Shown piece after piece: positions 1 to 12,508 of a stretch of 64,000 nt of DNA. Numbering within the stretch: the stretch's first letter is position 1; the number at the start of each line of letters is the position of its first letter. The DNA lies in assembly GCA_034226945.1 (NCBI GenBank), contig CP120453.1:620001-684000 (forward strand), written 5' to 3'. Source of the DNA: Picochlorum sp. SENEW3. Taxonomy: Eukaryota. Made by a program: the position numbers and the translations under genes. The notes under the pieces are model-generated. The model saw only the letters and a program-made list of their open reading frames with translations, was not told the DNA's origin and searched no databases.

Positions 1-395
1 CCTTGCAAACAGCACACTCCCCAACAGATTCAAACCCTGGGGAAGACTAAACTGCCAGCACACAAGGTGATCATAAACACTCTGAAGCACAGTAAACAGC
101 ACGCTCTCTGTCGCACGATACCTTTTAAAACCGCCTGCAGCTCTTCTTCTCTTCTCCACTAACAGAGTCCCTCGACGTATCAATGGGTTGGTCACACCTG
201 CATCGGATCCAATCAATAATCAGTACGTTTTAAACACAGAGTCGCAGCTGGTATGCTGCCATACTTGTATTCTTTCTTCTGTCGGTCACATGATGATGTG
301 GTCTTTCTTAAAAGAATGGTTGTTTGTTGCTCTGTCAATTCTGATCAACACGCACCCCACAGCACTCCAATCAAAATAAATACCCAAATACTCAT
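1..395 (-). CDS. TMEM234-like small membrane protein (EamA/DMT-like); 3' end runs off the window
   Basis: Not in the ORF track. ATG at 395, exon 395-356, GT-AG intron 355-198, exon 197-1. Spliced translation MSIWVFILIGVLWGVTNPLIRRG...WQFSLPQGLNLLGSVLFAR has the LWGxTNP and PxxLNxxGS motifs of TMEM234. Confidence 0.75.
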
Positions 396-822
396 CCACA
401 CATAGTGTATTCAAAATACAGCAGAGCAGTATAGCACATCCATGCAGTCATCTGTGAGTATCTAAATGTATCTATTTACGGACTCGTACGCTTCGTACGC
501 CTGATCATCCAAATCTTCTTTCAACACCCATGCTCCGAGAAAAAGTGATTGAACCGATACAAGTAAAAATAGTATATTTGTATCTCACAAGAGCCTGTAG
601 TGGATGTGCATAATCACCGAATCAGTCGTCTCTGATTCGCATTCTTTCACAGAACATTTCAGGATTGTTATTATTTACTAGGAAAGAAAAGAAACAATCA
701 ACATCATTAGCTCATAAAACATTTATATGGAAGTATTGATCTATTCATGAAGTAAAAGAAACGAGACTCTTCAAGCAGCAACACAGCAAAAAAGAAGAAA
801 CTGAAGAAGAAGACAGTGCAAC

Positions 823-847
823 TAGAATAGAATAGAATAGAATAGAA
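823..847. repeat. (TAGAA)n microsatellite
   Basis: tagaatagaatagaatagaatagaa directly visible upstream of the 888 ATG. Confidence 0.8.
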
Positions 848-887
848 GACGTTAGTAGTAGTACTCTGACCATCATCATCGTATGCG

Positions 888-1991
888 ATGAGTAGTAGTA
901 GTAGTATGGATCAACAGCAGCAACAGGGGAGTGGGGGTCACAAACCCATGGTTCGCATTGCGTCCATCCTGTATTTTATGGGGTCCTCCATGCTGGTGCA
1001 ATTCACCACCAAGGCCATCTTCACGACGTATCAGTTCCATTTTCCTTTGACGGTAGCATTATTACAGATGACATTTATATCCATCGTGACATTCATCGTG
1101 GCAAAGCCAGAGGTATCGTTGGGGCTGTTCAAGAGCCTCGCGCCCCTCGCTGTGATCAACGTGCTCAATGTGGTGTCTGGCTTGGTCGGGACTGGTGGCC
1201 TCAATGTACCCATGTTCATCGCCTTGAGGCGCTTTACGCTTTTATTTACCATCCTATTAGAGCGGTTTTGGTTGAAGAAAACGCACGATTGGCCGACGCT
1301 GAGCGCCATGGGGATTATGATTGGTGGGGCTCTGATTGCAGCCCTCACAGACATGACATTTTCCTTGTACGGGTATTCTGCCGTCTTGTGCAACGACGTC
1401 CTGACGTCGTTGTATTTAATCATGGTGAAGAATGCTCCGGTGACGAGAGGTCTCACGACCACGAGAATGTTGTTTTATAATTCAACAATGAGTATTCCTC
1501 TCCTTTTGTTTGCCATGTACTCGAGGAATGAGCTTGGTCGACTCTCCACAGCACCTCAGCTTCAGAATCCAGAGTTTGTCGTTGTATTATTCTTGGCAAG
1601 TGCGCTTGGGTTGAGTATCAATCATTCCACATTCATCTGCACTCGTATTAATGAACCGCTGATGACATCTGTGGCTGGAAACTTGAAGAATGCAGTCATG
1701 ACTGTTGTTGGGGCCTTTGCCTTTCCAGACTTTGTGTTTGACCCAGCCAATACGCTTGGTCTTACATTGTCCATGACCGGTGCTATTTGGTATGCGACAA
1801 GATCTGCATTGAAAGCTCGACAAAAGACCATGAAGGATACGTTGTTACAGCAACAGCCAGTGATTGGTAAGGATCGAATGAGAAAATTGAGCGGCACCAG
1901 CCAGGATGATATCCAACCCATCATTCTCCAGGGGAGGAATGATTCGCTCGAGATGCGAATGACGCAGAATCAGCCATTCTCCCCTGAATAA
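888..1991 (+). CDS. Nucleotide-sugar transporter (TPT/SLC35D-like)
   Basis: 367-aa multi-TM ORF with FHFPLT, LNVPMFIALRR and PLMTSVAGNLK motifs typical of UDP-sugar transporters. Confidence 0.85.
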   Translation: MSSSSSMDQQQQQGSGGHKPMVRIASILYFMGSSMLVQFTTKAIFTTYQFHFPLTVALLQMTFISIVTFIVAKPEVSLGLFKSLAPLAVINVLNVVSGLVGTGGLNVPMFIALRRFTLLFTILLERFWLKKTHDWPTLSAMGIMIGGALIAALTDMTFSLYGYSAVLCNDVLTSLYLIMVKNAPVTRGLTTTRMLFYNSTMSIPLLLFAMYSRNELGRLSTAPQLQNPEFVVVLFLASALGLSINHSTFICTRINEPLMTSVAGNLKNAVMTVVGAFAFPDFVFDPANTLGLTLSMTGAIWYATRSALKARQKTMKDTLLQQQPVIGKDRMRKLSGTSQDDIQPIILQGRNDSLEMRMTQNQPFSPE

Positions 1992-2036
1992 TTATAATTA
2001 TATATACATAAAAAAGTTGTGTTGTAATAGTTACAT

Positions 2037-2648
2037 ATGATGAGGAAGAAGAGGCATCCATTCGAAGAAGAAAAAGCGCTGACATGGGAAAGCGTTTCAT
2101 GGCCAGATGGGTCCAGGTATGAGGCTGATCGGTTCCTTTTTTGATTTAAAAAATATTGAATATTTTGACTATCTGCATATAGATATGAGGGATTGGTCAA
2201 GGGAGATTGTGCACATGTGAGAGGGGTGTTTACATATGGCAAGGACGGGGACACGTATGTGGGAGAATACAAGGATAATGAGATGGATGGGTATGGGGTG
2301 TATGCGTGGAAGCGTGGTACTGTGTATCGAGGGGAGTGGAAGGAGAGTATGATGCATGGGTGTGGGGTCAAGGTGGTGAAGCAGGCGAATGGGACCATGT
2401 TGGCAGAGGAGGGTGAGTTTGTTGAGGATGAATGGAAGGGGGTCACGGGGGTGTGTAGTTTGAAGCAGGCGCGGAAGGCTGCGGAATATGCTGATGTGGC
2501 AGCTCAGATGGCGTCGGCGTTTCAGTTGGATAGAGAATATGTGGCAGATGATGGGAATGTGCCTGCTGGGTTGAAGAGAGTGGCAGAGGGTATGGAGGCG
2601 AATGGGAGTGAGAGGCGGAAGGGGAGGCGGTTTTTCGGATTGTTCTAG
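2037..2648 (+). CDS. MORN-repeat protein
   Basis: Exon 2037-2116, intron 2117-2182, exon 2183-2648. Repeats WPDGSRYEG, DGDTYVGEY..DGYG, RGTVYRGEW..MHGCG. Confidence 0.85.
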
Positions 2649-2669
2649 ATGCATTAGTACATTTACATG

Positions 2670-5600
2670 TTAATAATATATGAGTGGGGGACTCGGGTAT
2701 GATTCATTGGTGGTGTGGATGTGATGGAGGGCGCTGGTATCATGGATCATGGTGGATTCTTCTTGCGCCGTCTCTACAGGCGTCTTCCTGGATGGTGGAT
2801 CGACGTGGGCAGTCAGCTTTCGTGTCTTGATACCGATTGGAGCAATGTAGTTTGTATAAAAGTCTACTACGTTGGCGTGTGTGATGGTGTGGAGAGCATG
2901 AATGTCAGCCTGCCTGTGGTCAAATTCTCCTGATCTGTTGATGAGCGCATCCCAGAGGCGCTCTCCTTGGTCCGACAGATTTCTATCCTTTTGCTGTTTA
3001 TGCTCTATGAGAGCTTTTTTATTGTTTTCAAATTCTGTGTCGCTCATTGATGTGAGCGTATCGAGGAATTCGATTAGGAAGGTGTCAATCTCGTGTTCCA
3101 GATGGACTGCTGCATGGTTTCTGCTCTGGATTACTATGCAGAGGCCTTGCACGCCGTGGGTGAGGCGGGTCCCGCTCGATACGATATACCCAAGCTGTTT
3201 TTGTGTTCTCAAAATATTATAGCATGGGGCGTAGAGTACTTGGTCGACAAGGTCCAGCAAACTCCTTTCCTTTGCTGAGAGGGCATGGCCCACTTGAATG
3301 TAATACTCAATGCTGCTATTCTCCTCCTGTGGGTTCACAGCAACCTCCTTTCTGATGATATTGCCCTGTAGTTTCATAACGTGTGGAATCATATGAGACG
3401 TCGAGTGTGTAAAACCGAGTGAATTGCTGGCAATCTGGCACAGGTTCTGTGCAGCCTCTTTGGTGCAGTTTCCTATAACGAGGCTTGCGAGGTGGCCCTT
3501 TTCCACCAGGGTTTTCGAAAACTGTCGGACCTGATCACCCTCAATGCTCTGTATTTCAATCATCACATCTCTTGGATCAACTTGCTGATGTTTGAGGGTC
3601 TGCAATCGCAAGAATGTGGCATGCTTTGTGGGCTTGATCAATGCATTCGAGTAGTGTCTGTGCACTGTTTCCTTGACTCTGGCAAAATCGTCATCTTTGA
3701 ATTCGAGTCGAGCCAGTGTAGAGAATACCAAATGTGTCAATTGATCTATTTTTTCACTAAACCCTTCGATCCTAAAGTCTATACTACCGTGCCCGTCCAT
3801 GTATATAGAGTAATGCATGCCAGCCATGTCTGCCAAGTAGGTTTCCTCACAGAGAACATCCTCCAACAGTTTTATGGTCAGATGCATCAATGCGGCATGC
3901 CTTGGAGATATATCAGACATCGTGTAATGAAATTTGTAGAATGAGCTGATTTTAGGTACCTTAAATTCTGTATCCATCAGATGGAAGAGTGTCGCATTGG
4001 ACACATCTGGAGATGATGAGGTGGATACTCTGGTGGGGATTCCTCTGTGTCCACTGACGTGCTCCTTAGATACCACAGACGTATCAGTGGCAATATATGG
4101 ATTTTGTTTTGGTAAGTGATATATCTGCTCAGATTGCGTTCTATCATGGCGTACAACTGCAGGATCCAGCTGACAGACTGAAAAATCAAACTGAAACCAC
4201 TTTTCAGAAATCTCTTGCACATTCGACACACTGCGCATGGACTTCATTCGAGCCACCTGCTTACCGTAGGACTTGGTTTGAAGTTCTATTGCTGCACGCT
4301 CGGGTACCATGTATCCGAGAATTTGCTGGATCAGTGCAGGGTCGAATTCATCGTGAAGAAATGACCATTCTAGAATGTGATGAAGGGGGACATTATGCAT
4401 ATCGGAACTGATCTGTGATACATAGTCCGATGGATCCTCTTCTTCTAAGTAATCCCATTTAAGCCGTGCAATAGATTTCATTTCATCCCAGACCCATTTC
4501 TGAGGCTCCATACTCTGGAGCATGTCAAGGTATCGGAAAACTGCCCTGACAACGCGTAATCCACACCCAGGCTCAGCATCGAGGCCACTATCAGTCAATG
4601 TTACTGTTATTTCAAACAACCAATACGATGAATTCTGCTCGGATACACCCGCGCAGAGATCTGTCGCCCATTCACTGTGTTTTAAACACGCCAACAGTGA
4701 TCCCTTGCCTTCATGGCCTACCAGGTGACTAATGTAATCCTCCGCCTTTTTACCATATTGCTTCTCTAGCCAAGACGGCAAATAAAATGACACTGTAACT
4801 TTATTCTCGTCTCGAGAGGATGGAATGACGGAGAGCTGGAGGTCATTCCTGATTAGGGGCATGTGGTCAAACCGAGTGCGACTGGTCATTTCAGAACATG
4901 GTATTCCAGCAAAATGTTCCTCCACCCACGACTCCATCACAGAAATTTCTTCTCCCGACAGAATGACAAGATTCATTCGTTCTGCACTGTAGAATCTTTT
5001 GTAATATTCGATGATCCTATCCCTCACATTCACGCCTTTGGCAGCAGGTTGATCAAAGAGAGATTCTTTATTGCCCCAGCCAAATTTGGAAGCTGGATGG
5101 TCAGGTGCCACCGTGGATGCTCTTGATTGCGATAAGCGACATGAATCGCTTTGTAATACACCAGAGAACTCGCTATCTATCGCAAGAACCTCCCTCTCCA
5201 TTGCATCTTGCTTGAACAATGGAGCAATGAAGAATTGGGCGAATCGATCCAATGCACCCCAAAAAGCATCTGGAGCGCATTCAAAATGAAACGTAGTGCT
5301 CTCCTCTTCAGTAAAAGCGTTGCTAGAACCATTGTGTTGATTTAAGTATGCATCATACTCGTGTTCATCTGGAAACTTCTCACTCCCCATAAAAAGCATG
5401 TGTTCCAAGTAATGACTCAGACCAGGCAACTCATCTGGATCACAAAAATGACCTACACCCACAGAGAGAGCAGCTGCAGCTCGTTTCATTCCCATCTCCT
5501 CATCACCACCAGTGGAACCATCAGTCAAGGACCCTTCCTGCATCATAATGGTCATGGCATGTCACATCGAGCATCGAAGGAGCCATAAAAACCCCATCCA

Positions 5601-5847
5601 TCCATTAAAAAATATATAACCCTCCCCATCAATAACGTACATCACTATCGCATTCGCTGTGAGACTCATCTTCAGAACTGGTACCCTCATGCACCTCAGG
5701 TTCTCGTGAATGTTCCTTACTGGCGCATTGGGCAGATTGAATCTCAAAATCATGAATTAAAATAACCTTGAGGCCATTGGATAACTCAATCGCTTTGTAA
5801 ACTCGTGAATCGGCTGGAGAAGAGTTGATTTTTGAAAGGACTTTCAT
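2670..5847 (-). CDS. M16 metallopeptidase (insulinase/nardilysin-like)
   Basis: Exon 5847-5641 (DSRVYKAIELSNGLKVILIHD), phase-0 intron 5640-5538, exon 5537-2670. Inverted zinc motif HYLEH, acidic N-terminal insert, LRTQKQLGYIV. Confidence 0.93.
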
Positions 5848-6215
5848 GTGTGCACGTCTTCTCGATCAGATCACAGAATAAGGGTTTCTAGAGCCATGAT
5901 ATGCATCAATATAAATTTATAAATAATATAGAGCGCAATTGATATGGCCATCGGCTCAATTTGTGGACATCCGTCATTCCGAATGGCCAAAATTGGGTGC
6001 TTGCAATCGCAACCAGACTGCTGCCTCCTGTTTGTTGAATTTGAACACCCTCGATAATGTCGATACCATCTATCAGTATCCTCATTGTACAAAGCCATCA
6101 GGATTCAACGTTGAAGACGTCTCTATGATGGAAAAGGTGTTTGTACTTGTGGATCTCTGTAGTATACACATACCACGTGTGGACGTGTCTGCTGGCACCT
6201 AGAGTTGACCACACC

Positions 6216-8132
6216 ATGGTCAGACACACTGGGAATACTACTGCGCCTCGAGCGAAGGAGGAGCGTCCCGTTATGGGAGTTTTGGAGAGATACAGGAAGG
6301 AGAAGCAGCATTTTATTGCGTCGTTTCTGTCCATGTGCCACCAGCCTGGGGAGAAGGCAACAGTGGTGAACGAAGGAGGGCCACTCTTGTTTCATTTGGC
6401 TCAGGACCCTGATGTAGCGATTCGTGTTCTGACGTACAGAGCGATTAATTCTCTCGTACTTCGTTTTGAATCTGTATGGGACATCGATACCGATGTCATG
6501 GTGGGGCTTGCGAATGAGATGGACGCTGTTGCCCAGAGGATGAAGGCTTCAAAGGAACATCATCAAGATGGTGACATAGAGCTCTTCAATGAGATTTGCG
6601 CGACTGTCGCCAACTTGTTCAACTGGAAGAAATTTCATGATACTCTCGATGAGTCAGTAGTCCACATATGTATGAAAAGTTGTGCGATGTGCTTGGATGT
6701 AGATGATGAACAGCTCCAATCATATGTTGTTGGGATGCTCAACATATTTGTGTCGTGTCGGGAGAGCTTGGTACAGTCATTCGATGTGGAAACCAGCGCA
6801 TCTTCTATACTAGAGAAGATTGAAAACCATCCTAGGTTGGAAAGGAATGCCTTGAGATTCTTTTCCCACGCCATTCCTGGGATTACATCTCCAACACTCA
6901 TCTCAGCATTGTTCACACATGCCCACAGCCGTTTGGTGCAGTGTGATGCATCCAAAGATACTGAACTGATTGTTGACACTTTAAACTTGATAGATAGTAT
7001 CTTGGCGTTGCATGCGGATGCATGCGAGTTTGATGAACAGTCGTACTCAGTACTGTGTTCATGTGCAGCCATGTCTAGGGAGAATGCGTCTCTTGTAGTT
7101 GCATTAAATATCCTTGCGAGACTTGCGAGCAATCGTTCTGAAGCTATTGTATATCTTTTCAAACATACAGATGTTTTGAAAGGCATGGCAGAATTTTTGG
7201 ATGACCTTGACGGCCCACAATTGTACGTGCATTCTTGTTGTGACTGTGAGTATGTGTTTGTGTGATGAGGCCCACCTTTATAATTCTACACCTGTTGCAT
7301 GCAGACTTCCTGTACTTTATGTTGTCGTACATATCTGTAAGTACTCGGAAGAATACTGCAATGTGATGATTGATGAACCATTCGAGTGCATTAGGCGCTT
7401 TGCTGTGGTGCTGGCACATGGGTCCCAGGAGAATGTTCAGCAAGTGGCTGCATGGGGCTTGGGTGTCATTGGGTCACAAAATGCTCAATTTGCACAGCGC
7501 GTTGCAGAATCTGGTGGATTGTTAACCATCATTGCCGTGATGAGAGGCCAGCGCGATGAGAACTCGCCTATATTTTCCACATGCCAGGACTCTGGGTGTG
7601 CAACAGTATCCAAGTTGGAGTATTTGGATGCACTCATTGCTCTTCTCGACCAGTGCGTATGAGTAGTATGATGTATTGGGTACAAAAGGATATATGATGA
7701 GTGTCATGTGCAATGCAGGGATATTTCAGAGGCAATACGTGTGGAATTATTCAAGCGCACAGCAGATATCTTGCAAGCCAATCCTTTCTACTGTGCAGAC
7801 TTTGTCCAAGCTGGTGCACTCGAAACACTCATAGCCCAAGGTACATACATTTCCATACTATGCTTCCAGTGTGTTGTCCGTTGCATTCATCTTTGTTACA
7901 TATTCTATTCTATTCTATACATACAGGGGAGAAGAATCCTGCATTGCATCATTCCATGATGAGCATTTGCCAGATGTATCCAAAAGAGCTTGTTAACAGA
8001 TGTTCACCATCGTATATGAAGCAATTGGTTGATAAATTCAAAAGGGAATCGATGAAATCAGTCGGTCCTACGTTGCCAGAAGAATCTGTTGACTGCATCA
8101 CTGATGATGATGATGGCAGTGCATCTGTGTAA
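6216..8132 (+). CDS. PF16: Armadillo-repeat protein, divergent PF16/SPAG6 homologue
   Basis: Introns 7223-7304, 7653-7718 and 7841-7926 join the ORF pieces in frame. N-terminal VLERYRKEKQHFI, internal AAWGLGVIG and C-terminal YPKELVNRCSPSYMKQLVDK resemble PF16/SPAG6 as I recall them. Start could be 6216 or 6273. Confidence 0.7.
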
Positions 8133-8287
8133 ACCAAGGATTTCTGACCCATATTACAAGAATAATAGATGTTGTGTAAAAAACTATGCAAAATAATTAT
8201 TGATCAAGCCAACCAGAATCCATGTTGATGCAAAAGCACCACCATTGACAATTTGATCGGCCATCTCATCACATAGCAGTCAACATC

Positions 8288-9846
8288 CTAGGCCTTGTGC
8301 TCGACAGACACAACCTTTCCAAGCATGACAGCGGTGTTTCCGTCAAGGAAAGCAATACGGGAGAGACCCTCGCAGGACTTGAAGGAGTCGACAACGAGTG
8401 GCTGGGTTGGCTCGAAGACGACCTCAGCCATCTCGTTGGCCTTGAGGGAGTGTGGGGACTCCATCTTCTTTCCTCCAGTCTCCTTTCCGACCTTCCAGTT
8501 AATTCCGACGATCTTGCAAGCAGAGCGTCCGCAGCGGACGAATCCAATTGGAGAGTATCCTGGCTTGGCCTCACCTGGGATATCGAGGGTCTGAATCTGG
8601 GCAGTGAAGTTCTTCACTGGCTTCAAACTGGTATCAGACTTGAGAACCATAACATCTCCGGTACGTGGGAGGTTGTTCTTGTCAAGTCCCTTGATATTCA
8701 TTCCGACATTGTCTCCTGGTCCAGCCTGCTCGACACGCTTGTGATGCATCTCCACAGTGAAGACCTTTCCAACGCATGGGTTGGCAGAGGTATGGGTTGG
8801 CATGAAGACAACATCCTCTCCTGGCTTGACGACTCCCTGCTCGACACGTCCGGCAAGCACATCTCCAACTCCCTTAATCTTGTAAGCTCCAGAAATTGGA
8901 AGACGGAGTGGGGCATCAGTCTTACGCTCTGGCATATGAACAAAGTTGTTCAAAGCCTCGAGGAGGGTATCAATGTGCTGCTTATCTCCCTTTGGATCCA
9001 CAACATCAACTCCCTTCCACCAGTCCATGTTCTTGGACTTCTCGATGAGGTTATCTCCCATCCATCCAGAGATTGGAAGAATTGGCACAGAGTTCTTGAC
9101 AAAGTCTGGCTTCCATCCAACCTTGGAAAGCATATGGGCCATCTCATCACGGATCTCGTTGTAACGAGCCTCCTTGTATCCAGCAACATCAGAGTCCATC
9201 TTGTTCACACCAACAATGAGCTGCTTCACACCGAGAAGGTTGATAAGACGGGCGTGCTGGCGGGTCTGTCCCTGAATCTCAGCAGCCTTGTGGTCTCCCT
9301 TCTGGATGGCGGTGGTGAAGTTACCATCAGCTGGAACCATAAGAAGGCACACATCAGCCTGGGCAGCTCCAGAAATCATATTCTTAATGAAATCTCTGTG
9401 TCCTGGGGCATCAATGATGGTGTAATGCCACTTCTCAGTGTAGAACTCCTTGGTTGTGCAGGAGATGGTCACACCACGAGCACGCTCCTCCTTCTGTCTG
9501 TCCATGTAGAAGGCGAAAGCGAAAGAAGACTTTCCGAGAGCGGCAGCCTCTTCCTTCAACTTCTCCAACTCACGCTCTGGGATACCCCCGAGCTCGAACA
9601 GAAGGCGGCCAGTGGTGGTCGATTTTCCAGAATCGACGTGTCCGCAGATGACTGCATGGGTACACAGAATTCAGTCAGTATATATACCATGTGCATTAAA
9701 TTCATAATTATAAAACATTATCATGCATGCATGCTACCGCCACAGGCGTCCAAGGACAGCTACGAAGGCCGCCTCTGATCTGTGCGCAGCCTCTGATGCC
9801 ACCAAAACGTACCAATAGAAAGATGTGGTTTTCCGTCGGTTGCCAT
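8288..9846 (-). CDS. EFL: Elongation factor-like GTPase (EFL)
   Basis: Exon 9846-9813 (MATDGKPHLSI), intron 9812-9652, then VICGHVDSGKSTTTGRLLFELGG. EFL-type motifs FAFAFYMDRQKEERARGVTI and QKGDHKAAEIQGQTRQHA. Confidence 0.95.
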
Positions 9847-10018
9847 TTTAAATGTTTTTAGAGATAGTTAACAACACTGAGTTTATAACTAACAATATAT
9901 GTTTTTAAGAGGACTATTTGAGGTGTGGACATGAGAACTCGAGGGAGTCAGCCGCACATGCGCCCACAATGGTGGTCAAACTAATTCGGGAATTGGAATC
10001 CTATTCCGACTTTCTTCT

Positions 10019-10483
10019 TTACGACAGCGTGGACACGCCTGCGGCAATCAATCCACCAAGCACTGCGAGGTATGAGACGCCCTCTGCTGCACCCACGAGA
10101 CCACTGGGTCCCGCTGGTAATCCACTCCCAGTCTGAACCTTTGTCTTGAGAGACCATGCCACAATCCCCACACTTGCGAGGTATGAAATACCCTCTGCTG
10201 CACCCAATGCTCCACCTGGGCCAGGAGGAAGGCCACTTCCAGTCGTTGCCAAGGTGTACTCTGACCAGAAGACGATGGGTGATAAGGCAAGGCCTGCGAC
10301 TGCAATTGCTACTGCAGGTGTAGATACGTCATCACCCCCGGTGCTACCGTTACCAGAGTAAAGACAGGTCTTTGTTCTTGTAGTAGTAGTACAGAGCCTT
10401 GGTCCTGTTCTGTGGGTGCCGATGGGGATGGATACCCTCTTTGAGCATCCAGCGAGCGATGTCTTCAGAGCAATCGAATTCAT
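10019..10483 (-). CDS. Small plastid-type membrane protein with duplicated GSGLPxGPxGxxGAAEGxSYL motif
   Basis: Transit-peptide-like N-terminus and two copies of the motif in the translation; function unknown. Confidence 0.75.
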   Translation of the reverse strand: MNSIALKTSLAGCSKRVSIPIGTHRTGPRLCTTTTRTKTCLYSGNGSTGGDDVSTPAVAIAVAGLALSPIVFWSEYTLATTGSGLPPGPGGALGAAEGISYLASVGIVAWSLKTKVQTGSGLPAGPSGLVGAAEGVSYLAVLGGLIAAGVSTLS

Positions 10484-10735
10484 TCTAAAATAATGTGTCA
10501 GTCTGCAGGGATACTGATGGTGAGATGATGGGTGTTTTTTTCAGCAAGAGTCTACAGCGATGGAAAACAAAACAAAAGTCTCAGGAAGTCACGGCGAATC
10601 GTACTTTACAACTACTTCTAAAAGGATAATAATTGCAGATGAATTCGTATACAAAAAAAAGAAAATGGAATACAGACACAAAATTGTACGACTCTCAATA
10701 CATACATACTATTCATTGTCCTGAGAAGGACCAAG

Positions 10736-12508
10736 TCACTGCTCCACGATCCGATCAGAAATAGAGACTGCAGTCATGGCTCGTATATCATCATATGATG
10801 CATCATGTCCGCGCGTGGTGATGAGGGGGCATTCTCCAGGCTGAACAGGGGCTGCCTGGATACCTCTTGCAAGCATTCTACAGTGTACTCTATCAATTCT
10901 GCTCTGTGCACTTTTGATATCAGTCAATGACTCTGGGGACCACAAACGTTCTCCCACTGCAGCAGCGAGCGGCCATGTAGCAGTTATCGAATTCGTTGCA
11001 TCAATGTGCTCACCCCATGCGACAGCCTCTCCACCCAACACCATATCCTTTTGATCCAAACCTGCTTCAAAGTCTAATGGCTCGACAGACCAATATTCTT
11101 TCCATGACTCTGTGCCTTTTGATGCGAGGTTGATGTACCATGGGGAGGATAGGATCGCTCTGTGGGTCTTGGTGATGCGTTTCAGAGCTTGGAGCCAATA
11201 TGAGGCATCACTCTCTTTTGAAAGATCCTTGTTCCATGTCCACAGCTGCACTATCGTTGTTGGAGGCAGTATGCTATTATTATTCATAGTATCATGGTGT
11301 GAATCTGACATTAATCTATCGAATAGATCGCCCCATATAACGGGCACCTTGCCCAATGTTGATGTAAATTCCATCAGTCTCTCCACATGGTAGGCGACAG
11401 CCCGAGATGTATCAAAGCCAGCCTCCTTCATTTTTGAGCTGTGCTTCCAGCACGCATCATCAATCTCGTCTCCCCCGAAATGAAGAGCTCGATCAGGGAA
11501 GATTCTTGCCACCTCTCGGAACAACCTCCACATGACATCATACGTTTCCTCTGCCGCAGGTGACATGGATGGATATCCTTTCTGATCTGATGCCTTTCCA
11601 CAGGATATCATCATCTCTGGGTGGCTTTTAGCAAATGATCCAGTATGCCCAGGAGAGTCAATCTCCACAATCACTCGGATACCCCTCTTGTGAGCATACC
11701 GAATAACATCCTCAATCTCATCCCCAGTGTACTGCATCGCAGGACCAAAAGCACCTGCTTCCGCCAGTTCTGGCACCTCTTCCGAGACAAACGGAAACGA
11801 CTCATCATCCGTCATGTGCCAATGTAACACATTCATCTTTGTCATCACCATGGCATCCAAATGCGTCTTGAGCACATGGATGGGTAAAAAGTGCCTTGCT
11901 GTATCCACCATGAGTCCACGATGTCGAAATCGAGGCGAATCATAAATCGCCGTCTCATTCAACACAATAACATTCTCAAACACATGCTCATCATGATGGT
12001 GATGATGGTGATGATGATGATGTCCCAACCTTTTCTTCCAAGACACCCGCTTCAACACATGACAGCTCTGTGCCAACGTCTCCAACGCTCGAACCGCGCC
12101 GTACACTGTTTGAGAAGTAATCACAATCGTAGGAGAATCAACCCTCAACGAGTACGTCTCGCTCGTAAATATATCCAACGTTTGATCATAGGTTTGAACA
12201 TACACAACCACCTTGTCAATTCTATTCGCCCCATCCATCAGCTTTTCAGGCGCTGTAACATTCATTTCATATTCCATGTGACTCCTTGGATCCAGTAAAA
12301 TACTTTTATACCGATCGAATGCATCTTCAAGGATATCACTCGTCCACCCCATGGTTTCGAATGTAATTGGAGATTTCCGCCCGTCGTATCCCAGAAACAC
12401 CAGGTCCCCGATAATCGTCTTGTCCATTGGATATGGCCATGGCTCACCACATACTCTAGTAATATAGAGAGAGGCGAGTAAACCGAATAGTCGCAACAGT
12501 GTTTTCAT
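10736..12508 (-). CDS. Beta-hexosaminidase (GH20), secreted/vacuolar
   Basis: Signal-peptide-like MKTLLRLFGLL at 12508; PRFRHRGLMVDTARHF, NVLHWHMTD, catalytic HFGGDE, LGGEAVAWGE. Confidence 0.93.
   Translation of the reverse strand: MKTLLRLFGLLASLYITRVCGEPWPYPMDKTIIGDLVFLGYDGRKSPITFETMGWTSDILEDAFDRYKSILLDPRSHMEYEMNVTAPEKLMDGANRIDKVVVYVQTYDQTLDIFTSETYSLRVDSPTIVITSQTVYGAVRALETLAQSCHVLKRVSWKKRLGHHHHHHHHHHDEHVFENVIVLNETAIYDSPRFRHRGLMVDTARHFLPIHVLKTHLDAMVMTKMNVLHWHMTDDESFPFVSEEVPELAEAGAFGPAMQYTGDEIEDVIRYAHKRGIRVIVEIDSPGHTGSFAKSHPEMMISCGKASDQKGYPSMSPAAEETYDVMWRLFREVARIFPDRALHFGGDEIDDACWKHSSKMKEAGFDTSRAVAYHVERLMEFTSTLGKVPVIWGDLFDRLMSDSHHDTMNNNSILPPTTIVQLWTWNKDLSKESDASYWLQALKRITKTHRAILSSPWYINLASKGTESWKEYWSVEPLDFEAGLDQKDMVLGGEAVAWGEHIDATNSITATWPLAAAVGERLWSPESLTDIKSAQSRIDRVHCRMLARGIQAAPVQPGECPLITTRGHDASYDDIRAMTAVSISDRIVEQ

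Noticed and set aside
8297..9778. 493-aa plus-strand ORF antisense to EFL
   Set aside because: Shadow frame expected from strong codon bias in a highly expressed gene; no recognisable motifs and a non-ATG start.
9652..9812. Possible intronic snoRNA in the longer EFL intron
   Set aside because: No convincing C/D or H/ACA box arrangement with a terminal stem; only a short direct repeat.
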